The notes below the pieces were generated by a model. That model saw nothing but the letters and a program-made list of their open reading frames with translations, was not told the DNA's origin and made no database searches. Below are positions 57,733-64,000 of a stretch of DNA of 64,000 bases, piece by piece; positions within the stretch are counted from its first letter, which is position 1, and each line of letters starts with the position of its first letter. Made by a program: the position numbers and the translations under genes. Source of the DNA: a virus; IMG/VR virus record IMGVR_UViG_3300033182_000581, positions 30,492 to 94,491 of that record. One strand, given 5' to 3'.

Positions 57733-57793
57733 GGTAGCAGACCCATTCGATAGGGAATGGATTGTACCAATTTCGTATGTTAAACTAGATTAG
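57617..57793 (+). CDS. Small SH3-like hypothetical protein (58 aa, absent from ORF track)
   Basis: MENLKKTKMKKDFTNHRGCLPEGERVIVISVNEEKQEVKVADPFDREWIVPISYVKLD; A-rich start; fills the gap to the next gene. Confidence 0.55.
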   Translation: MENLKKTKMKKDFTNHRGCLPEGERVIVISVNEEKQEVKVADPFDREWIVPISYVKLD

Positions 57794-57829
57794 CACATAT
57801 TTATATCCAAAGAACTTACGGAGAAATCT

Positions 57830-58105
57830 ATGCCGGCTAAATCTAAAGCACAACAAAAGTTTATGGGATTGGTTTACGCTCTTAAAAAAGGAGATGTAAA
57901 ACCATCCGATGTATCTAAAGATGTGCGAGATGTTGCAAAATCTATGAAAACAAAAGATGTTAAAGATTTTGCTTCAACCAAGCATGAAGAGTTACCAAAC
58001 AAAGTTGAGATGGAATTAGAGGCATTGATTAAAAAAATTGACGAGGAATGGTCGGGTAAATACAAAAGAAGTATAGATTGTAATAACCCGAAAGGATTTT
58101 CTTAG
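57830..58105 (+). CDS. DUF3008-like protein; TAG at 58103 appears to interrupt a motif
   Basis: MPAKSKAQQKFMG...KDFASTKH; SIDCNNPKGFS*KAHCQG continues past the TAG. Confidence 0.7.
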   Translation: MPAKSKAQQKFMGLVYALKKGDVKPSDVSKDVRDVAKSMKTKDVKDFASTKHEELPNKVEMELEALIKKIDEEWSGKYKRSIDCNNPKGFS

Positions 58106-58155
58106 AAAGCACATTGTCAGGGTAAAAAAAGTAGGTTTGAAATTGGAGAACGAAT

Positions 58156-59100
58156 ATGTTACTAAAAGTTGGTTCACGTGGAACTGAAGTAAAAGAATTA
58201 CAAGAGTTTTTAGAGGTAGGTGCAGATGGTATCTTTGGAAAAGGTACTGAAAAAGCCGTTAAAAAATGGCAAAAAGAAAACGGGTTGGTTGATGATGGTA
58301 TTGTGGGTCCTGCCACTTGGAACGCTATGGGTATTGCTAGCACTGATAATTCAGAAACGTTTAAGACAACACCAGACGGATTAATTATTCATAAAGATTA
58401 TCTACCTAAGGGTGAATACTTTAATGGTCCCATAGACCCTGAATATTTGTTCATACACCATACTGCAGGATGGGAAGACCCGTATAAAGTTATTGGAAAT
58501 TGGGCCAACGATACCAGAGGTCAGGTCACAACTGAATTTGTAATTGGAGGACAATCTGTTAAAGGTAATAACGACAAATATGACGGTGAGATTGTCCAAG
58601 CATTTCCTCACCTTTGTTGGGGTTGGCATTTAGGTATTGGTAAAACCAAAATGGCGGTTAACTCTATCGGTATTGAAGTATGTAATTTTGGTTACCTTGA
58701 AGAAGGTGGATATACCAAATATGATACGGTTAAAAAGAAGAATGTTTGGATACCAAAAACACCAGGTAAGTTTTACACTTATGCAGGTATCGAAGCTGAT
58801 GAATCACAAATTGTTAAATTATCAGAACCGTTTAGAAACCATTCTTATTGGCATAGATATTCTGACAAATCGTTGTATTCGTTAAAAGAAAACATCTTAT
58901 ACATTGCAGAGCGTGATAACATAGATGTGAGAGAAGGTTTACCAAAATGGATTAAAGAAAAAGGTCCTAAAGCATTTGATTATTCATCAGACGCAAGAAA
59001 CGGTAAAGTAAAAGGGTTATTAACCCACACAAATGTTCGATTGGATAAGGTGGACATGTTCCCCCAACAAGAACTGTTAGATATGTTATTAGGGTTATGA
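58156..59100 (+). CDS. Endolysin: peptidoglycan-binding domain + N-acetylmuramoyl-L-alanine amidase
   Basis: GSRGTEVKELQ...DGIFG...DGIVGPAT; IHHTAG, WHLG, SIGIEVC, LTH...KVD. Confidence 0.9.
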   Translation: MLLKVGSRGTEVKELQEFLEVGADGIFGKGTEKAVKKWQKENGLVDDGIVGPATWNAMGIASTDNSETFKTTPDGLIIHKDYLPKGEYFNGPIDPEYLFIHHTAGWEDPYKVIGNWANDTRGQVTTEFVIGGQSVKGNNDKYDGEIVQAFPHLCWGWHLGIGKTKMAVNSIGIEVCNFGYLEEGGYTKYDTVKKKNVWIPKTPGKFYTYAGIEADESQIVKLSEPFRNHSYWHRYSDKSLYSLKENILYIAERDNIDVREGLPKWIKEKGPKAFDYSSDARNGKVKGLLTHTNVRLDKVDMFPQQELLDMLLGL

Positions 59101-59216
59101 TGAAAGAATTAGAAGATATATTTGATACGAAAGAATTTAAGTCGTTACCTTGGAAAAACGATTCATCATTAGATTAAAGGTAGCGTTAATCCAAACTTTT
59201 AATTATGGAATGTAAT
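59097..59216 (+). pseudogene. Small ORF apparently frameshifted in an A5 run (~59155-59159)
   Basis: MMKELEDIFDTKEFKSLPWK; adding one A gives KRFIIRLKVALIQTFNYGM* ending just before the holin start. Confidence 0.45.
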
Positions 59217-59219
59217 AAA

Positions 59220-59648
59220 ATGGAATTAGTACAATCGAAAGTAACCCAATTTATTATGGGGGTATCCGCTGTATGTGGATTTATGGGTAGTTATTTTATG
59301 GATTTAACTGCCAACAATACTGAACAATACCTCGCAGTTATATGTGTGATGTTGTTGGATGGGTTCTTTGGAATTATTGCAGGAATTAAAAGAGAAGGAT
59401 TTAAAACCCACAAAGCAATTAGAGTTTTGAAAAACATTTTCGCTTGGGAATTGATACTCACAGTAATTTTATCAATTGAATTAGGATTCACAGGCACTGG
59501 TTGGTTATCTGAAACTATATTAGCACCATTTTTAGTATTCCAATTGATATCAGCTCTCAAAAATGCATCTATGGTAGGTTTCATAAAAAATGAGTTATTA
59601 AATGAAATTTTAGATAGAATAGATAAGCATAAAGGGGATAGAAAATGA
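59220..59648 (+). CDS. Putative holin
   Basis: Several TM helices, LDGFFGIIAGIKREGF, ISALKNA, charged C-tail; follows endolysin. Confidence 0.75.
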   Translation: MELVQSKVTQFIMGVSAVCGFMGSYFMDLTANNTEQYLAVICVMLLDGFFGIIAGIKREGFKTHKAIRVLKNIFAWELILTVILSIELGFTGTGWLSETILAPFLVFQLISALKNASMVGFIKNELLNEILDRIDKHKGDRK

Positions 59649-59961
59649 AACAACTTCTAAATAGTATTACCGATACACGTATGGTGTATCTTTTAATGTC
59701 AATCGTACTCTTATCAGGATATTTATTATAGTCTTGGGGAGTAGTAATTTTTGTAACATTGTAAAGGTTGCCCTTTGGGTTATTATGGGAGTGGGTTTAA
59801 TCACAACTGGATTATACATCTTTGTACTACTTTTTGGACATGATTCAAAGATTATTGAATCGACATGGTCTAATTTATTTGGTATCTTATTAACTAATTC
59901 ATTCAGTATCATTGGTACTATTATGGGTGTTAAACACGCAACTTAGACTGATAAAAAATAA
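59645..59961 (+). pseudogene. Disrupted membrane-protein coding region (two frames meeting at ~59753-59760, two in-frame TAGs)
   Basis: Frame A MKQLLNSITDTRMVYLLMSIVLLSGYLL*SWGVVIFVT; frame B NIVKVALWVIMG...GVKHAT*TDKK with no credible start. Confidence 0.5.
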
Positions 59962-60003
59962 TACCATATTTATATTAAAGAAAACATTTTAATATTTATA
60001 AGT

Positions 60004-60162
60004 ATGATACGAGAATATAGTTGGAAAGATTGGATTAGTAATCCTAAAAACAAAGAACTCTATAATAGAGATATGAACGAAGGTTTACGTCAATTCCAAT
60101 TGGAAAAACAACGTAGAGATAAAGTTGCTAAAGCGGCTGCATTTAATCTAAGGGGATTATAA
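60004..60162 (+). CDS. Small hypothetical protein (52 aa, absent from ORF track)
   Basis: MIREYSWKDWISNPKN...; follows TATTTATA box; TAATG-coupled to next gene. Confidence 0.6.
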   Translation: MIREYSWKDWISNPKNKELYNRDMNEGLRQFQLEKQRRDKVAKAAAFNLRGL

Positions 60163-60662
60163 TGGGTAAGAAGATAAATGATGGAAACCTAATGGTGAGT
60201 AGACGGGTGTTAAAAAAACAAGCCGTTAAAACTATTAAAGACCCAATTAGTGCTACCGATGATGTTAAAGCAAAATTAGGTGGGCCCGTTAAAGATAAAA
60301 TGGTAAATAAGTTAACTGACTTTTTGGCTTATTTGTATAGTAAATACGAAAAGGCAGATGTAATCGAAAGATATAAATCAGAAATCAAATCAATTATTCG
60401 TGAAGAGATTAAGACTGTTAGTAGGCAGTTAAAAGAAGTTGATGATTCGCAAGTTCCGATGACATACGCATCTCTTGAAAGAGCTAAGAAGTATTCGGAA
60501 GGAATTTATCGTAAGATGAAGGAGAGAGATGTTCAGGATGTTGATGGTTGGGTATTTGCAAAAATTACTCTCGCAGAAGATTATTTGAAATCGGTTTATG
60601 GGTATTTCGATGGTAAAGACGGGTTAGATGATAAACCGAATACACCTGATGATGTGGAGTAA
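60162..60662 (+). CDS. Hypothetical protein
   Basis: 166 aa; IKSIIREEI and WVFAKITLAEDYL motifs. Confidence 0.65.
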   Translation: MGKKINDGNLMVSRRVLKKQAVKTIKDPISATDDVKAKLGGPVKDKMVNKLTDFLAYLYSKYEKADVIERYKSEIKSIIREEIKTVSRQLKEVDDSQVPMTYASLERAKKYSEGIYRKMKERDVQDVDGWVFAKITLAEDYLKSVYGYFDGKDGLDDKPNTPDDVE

Positions 60663-61778
60663 TTGATGCCAAATTTGAGTAGGAAAGATATGCCACAGGT
60701 TAAAACCCAAGATTTGGGTAAGGCCCTTTCTATGGTTTCTGATAAGGTAAAAGTAACCAAAGAAACTATTCCTGCATCAAAATTGAAGAAATCACAAAAA
60801 GAACTCTACAAAGATAAAGTAAAGGGTATTGCAAATAGACTCAATTCACCTAAAGCGATGAAACCTTTGATTATATCGAAGGATAATCATATTGTAGATG
60901 GTCATCATAGATGGGGTGCCGCAATATACAAATGGGGTGAGGATGTAAAGATTCCAGTATATAGAATCAATCTATCAGTTAACAACGCAATCAAATTATA
61001 TAAACATATCGCAGATGTGATTGATGAAGTAATCAAAGAAGCAATCACAATCCCTATTGAGATTGGTGATACTGTTTTGGGTGGTAAGTTCAAAAACAAA
61101 CCAATCGTAGTAAAATCAATTGATAAGAATGAAAAGGGTGATATCACAATCAATGGTAAACCACTACTTAAATTCAGATTGGTAAACGAAGCAAACGCCG
61201 TAAGTGGTGGTAAAGTACATAAATTCATAACAGGCAAGAATCTTACATTTAAGGGTAAAAAATACCCAAACTTATATTTTGAAGTATTGAGGATTGATAA
61301 TAAATCAAAATTGGTTACTTTGAAAATATTATCACCGAAAGAATTATTTGGTAAAGAATTAGATGTACCATTCAAAACTATCAGAAGAGGCCCATTCCTA
61401 AAGACCGATACAAGCGGTTTGGGTGAAGATAAAATCAATGAAATCCCAATGGGAGACCTTCAGAAGATTGACCAATTTGCTGATAAGAAACTAAACCCAG
61501 TTGATGTAGTAATCACCGATAAACACTTCTTTGATAGATTGAACGACCCTCGTAATGGTAAGGAAATATCAAACGCCGAGTTGATTGGATTCTTCAAGAG
61601 ATTGGCTAAACATAAGAAAGAGTTTGTTGAATTCCTCAACAAATATAACTCCGTAGTTGCCGTTGATGATAGAACAAACATCAATATTCCGTTTATGAAG
61701 CAGGCAAACAAAGCCATTGCAAAGACGGTGATGCGCAAAAAAGATTTCAAAACTCCTGACAAAAAATTGGATATTTAA
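60663..61778 (+). CDS. Multidomain protein with N-terminal ParB/Srx-like domain
   Basis: RKDMPQV, PLIISKDNHIVDGHHRW; further modules GGKFKNK and HFFDRLNDPRN. Confidence 0.7.
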   Translation: MMPNLSRKDMPQVKTQDLGKALSMVSDKVKVTKETIPASKLKKSQKELYKDKVKGIANRLNSPKAMKPLIISKDNHIVDGHHRWGAAIYKWGEDVKIPVYRINLSVNNAIKLYKHIADVIDEVIKEAITIPIEIGDTVLGGKFKNKPIVVKSIDKNEKGDITINGKPLLKFRLVNEANAVSGGKVHKFITGKNLTFKGKKYPNLYFEVLRIDNKSKLVTLKILSPKELFGKELDVPFKTIRRGPFLKTDTSGLGEDKINEIPMGDLQKIDQFADKKLNPVDVVITDKHFFDRLNDPRNGKEISNAELIGFFKRLAKHKKEFVEFLNKYNSVVAVDDRTNINIPFMKQANKAIAKTVMRKKDFKTPDKKLDI

Positions 61779-61797
61779 CAAAAATTTCGTATATTTG
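61766..61797 (+). promoter_or_regulatory. Bacteroidota-type promoter
   Basis: ATTG 61766, TATATTTG 61790; ATG at 61800. Confidence 0.65.
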
Positions 61798-61799
61798 TA

Positions 61800-62567
61800 A
61801 TGAAACTTAAAGAACTCATATTAGAAGGAATGTACGATAAACTCACTGGAGAAATCAATAAAGATGTGTTTAAAACTCTGAAGAATGCTATCAAAGGTAG
61901 TGGAACGCAGGAGAAACCAAAGAAGTACAAAGGGTACGAAGTTCGTAAAGACCCAATTCCAATGGTCGGTACAATGCAAGATATGTTCAATGCTGAAAGA
62001 GCTACATTGTATGTGGGTGGATATTCAGATAGTGTGAGTGGTGTAGAGGTTGAGGTAGAACTTAAAGTGGCGGTTACTGAAGATGGTGTAGAGCCAGGTA
62101 AGTTCTTCATTGATGGTTCTGCAGAAGCAGATGAAGATTTTCCATCATTAGAGGTAAATATTGGTATTCATCCAAATGATGCTGAAAGTGGTAGGGTGTT
62201 CTCAAAGATACAACCTGTGTTGAGGGATTTGGTAAGGCATGAGATTGAACATCTAACACATGGTAAGGGTTCTGCATCTGAGAAACCGGGTAAAAGAATG
62301 AGAGGTGATTTGGCAATGAGGAAGAAGATTCGTTCTAATCCTGAGTTGTACTACAAATACTTCTTACTACCAAAAGAGGTGGATGCAAATATACATGGGT
62401 TGTACTCAAAAGCAAAGACACTAAAACAACCATATCAAAAAGTGGTTGATGATTATTTAGATTCATTGGTAGATGATGGTGTAATAACAATTGAGAAGAG
62501 AAAAGAAATTTATAATAAGTGGAAGAAACGAATCCCAAAAATTGGTGGAATACCAAAATTAAAGTAA
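61800..62567 (+). CDS. Hypothetical protein with HExxH (zincin-like) motif
   Basis: VRHEIEH...Y...KEVDA. Confidence 0.65.
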   Translation: MKLKELILEGMYDKLTGEINKDVFKTLKNAIKGSGTQEKPKKYKGYEVRKDPIPMVGTMQDMFNAERATLYVGGYSDSVSGVEVEVELKVAVTEDGVEPGKFFIDGSAEADEDFPSLEVNIGIHPNDAESGRVFSKIQPVLRDLVRHEIEHLTHGKGSASEKPGKRMRGDLAMRKKIRSNPELYYKYFLLPKEVDANIHGLYSKAKTLKQPYQKVVDDYLDSLVDDGVITIEKRKEIYNKWKKRIPKIGGIPKLK

Positions 62568-63172
62568 TGATGAATAAGAACGAGTTTATATCAAAAGTTT
62601 TCAAAGATGAAATCAAAATGTTGAGAGGAGGAAAAGCTCTCAGAGTTTTTGATTTTGATGATACGTTAGCAACGACTACATCATACATCTATGTAAAACA
62701 TAGGGATGGTAGTGAAACTAAATTAGACCCTGCAGAATACGCTAAGTATGATGAGAAGCCGGGCGATGAATATGATTTCAGAGATTTCAATAGAAAGTTG
62801 AATAAACCAAAGGTAATCAAAAGGAACTTTAAATTACTTCAGCAAATGTTAGATAACCCACAAAAGAAGGTTACTATTCTCACTGCAAGAAAGTTGGCGT
62901 TTCCCGTAAGAAAGTTCTTTAAGGATACATATGGAATGGATGTGTATGTGGTTGCATTGGGAAGTAACAATCCAAAAGATAAAGCAGATTGGATTGAGAA
63001 ACACATTAAGAAGGGTTATAGCGATATAGCATTTATGGATGATTCATCTAAAAATATCAGAGCAGTTGATTCTTTGAAATCAAAATATCCTGATGTTCGT
63101 ATCAGAACTCACTTAGTAAGGGAGTTTATTGAAGAAGATGTTCAGAAATATGTACAAAAGATAATTCACTAA
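62566..63172 (+). CDS. HAD-superfamily phosphatase-like protein
   Basis: VFDFDDTL, ILTAR, FMDDS. Confidence 0.8.
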
Positions 63173-63196
63173 ATTTAAAATAATATTTATATTCAA

Positions 63197-63436
63197 ATGA
63201 ACTACGAAAAAGAAGTAATGGTCAACGTATATCAAATCTTAACAAAAAAAGATTTTAAATGGAGTTATGAGTTTAAGCATAGTATGAAGATTCAGATGTT
63301 GAATCTATTATTGGAATATTTTACTGATATTGAACACTATGAGAAATGTGCTAAACTCGCTACCATACTTAAAAAGTTGGAGAATATGAATGAGAATATT
63401 GGTGAAACAACTATCACCGGAAGTGAAAACTCTTAG
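63197..63436 (+). CDS. Small protein with UVR (UvrB/C) coiled-coil motif
   Basis: EHYEKCAKL matches the ExYExAAxL pattern. Confidence 0.6.
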   Translation: MNYEKEVMVNVYQILTKKDFKWSYEFKHSMKIQMLNLLLEYFTDIEHYEKCAKLATILKKLENMNENIGETTITGSENS

Positions 63437-63551
63437 TGGTTGGTTGGTCTATGTAATAGATGAAGCAGAACGGCCAATTGAGGCAGAAGTATGTGAATTG
63501 GATGATTTAGTAGAAACCGTAAAGGTATTTGAATCGAAATATAATTTATGA
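63390..63551 (+). CDS. Small hypothetical protein (53 aa, absent from ORF track)
   Basis: MRILVKQLSPEVKTLSGWLVYVIDE...; ATGA-coupled to clpS. Confidence 0.5.
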   Translation: MRILVKQLSPEVKTLSGWLVYVIDEAERPIEAEVCELDDLVETVKVFESKYNL

Positions 63552-63769
63552 AACTATTTATACTAAACGATGATGTAAATTCTTTTGAACACGTAACCAG
63601 TTGTATTCAGAGATATTTGAATTATCCTTATCTACAAGCAGTATCAATAGCTGATATCGTTCACAATATTGGGAGATGTGAGATTAAAGATTCTGATGAT
63701 GAAGTGGTGATAAAAGAAATATACGAAGGTTTAGTTAAAGAAGGATTACATTTAAGAATTGAAGGATAA
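63548..63769 (+). CDS. clpS: ClpS-like N-degron adaptor
   Basis: LNDDVNSFEHV...A...VHNIGRC. Confidence 0.82.
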   Translation: MKLFILNDDVNSFEHVTSCIQRYLNYPYLQAVSIADIVHNIGRCEIKDSDDEVVIKEIYEGLVKEGLHLRIEG

Positions 63770-63773
63770 TATT

Positions 63774-63941
63774 ATGAGTGAATCTAAAGGTTTAGGTGAT
63801 GATATAAAGAAAGTAACTTCAGCAGTTAAGTTAGATATCTTAGCGGAGAAAGTTGCAAAGGCAGTTGGTAAATCTGATTGTGGATGTGCCAAAAGACAAG
63901 AGAAGCTCAATAAGATGTTCCCATATGGAGACAAAAAATGA
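63774..63941 (+). CDS. Small hypothetical phage protein
   Basis: SKGLGDDIKKVT...DCGCAKRQEKLNKMFPY. Confidence 0.7.
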   Translation: MSESKGLGDDIKKVTSAVKLDILAEKVAKAVGKSDCGCAKRQEKLNKMFPYGDKK

Positions 63942-64000
63942 ATTTAAGAGAATTTATACAATCAGAGATAAAATCACAACTAAATGAATCAGTAAACGAA
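63938..64000 (+). CDS. Start of a 3'-truncated ORF
   Basis: ATGA overlap; MNLREFIQSEIKSQLNESVNE is open to the window end. Confidence 0.5.
   Translation, partial: MNLREFIQSEIKSQLNESVNE

Noticed and set aside
226-63934. All minus-strand ORFs and the short alternative-frame plus-strand ORFs in the track
   Set aside because: They are shadows of longer motif-bearing + strand genes, have atypical composition and have no promoters on that strand.
1-64000. Window-wide genetic code 15
   Set aside because: Code 11 already gives dense, intact genes, and TAG ends MTase paralog 1 exactly where paralog 2 ends with TAA; only local anomalies are reported.
1-64000. tRNA or rRNA genes
   Set aside because: Intergenic gaps are short and no cloverleaf or T-loop signature was recognised by eye; tRNAscan would be needed to exclude them formally.

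Overview
A 64 kb, AT-rich segment of a large (jumbo-like) tailed dsDNA phage with essentially all genes on the + strand. The host is most likely a Bacteroidota (Flavobacteriia-like) bacterium: about 12 intergenic promoters match TTTG-N19/20-TAnnTTTG and Shine-Dalgarno motifs are mostly absent. Gene order: (1) end of tape measure, then tail/baseplate genes (1-7.8 kb); (2) small early-type cassettes behind a repeated 28-bp regulatory element; (3) a T4-like replication core (short family A polymerase, SSB, RecA/UvsX, 5'-3' exonuclease, helicase, NrdB/NrdA, thioredoxin, family B polymerase, clamp, clamp loaders, Cas4-like exonuclease); (4) interleaved with that core, a candidate new nucleotide/DNA-modification system: MazG-like pyrophosphatase, divergent dCMP-type thymidylate-synthase homologue, asparagine-synthetase-like amidotransferase, PLP fold-II enzyme, probable GHKL-ATPase/nuclease fusion, three paralogous amino-methyltransferases, APRT, MTA/SAH nucleosidase and DUF1599; (5) a 17.5 kb glycan synthesis/transfer island; (6) a lysis region carrying in-frame TAG codons, a frameshift and an apparent deletion; (7) hypothetical genes ending in a UVR-motif protein and ClpS. 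No tRNA, rRNA or CRISPR array was recognised. All product calls come from motifs read by eye; no database search was run.
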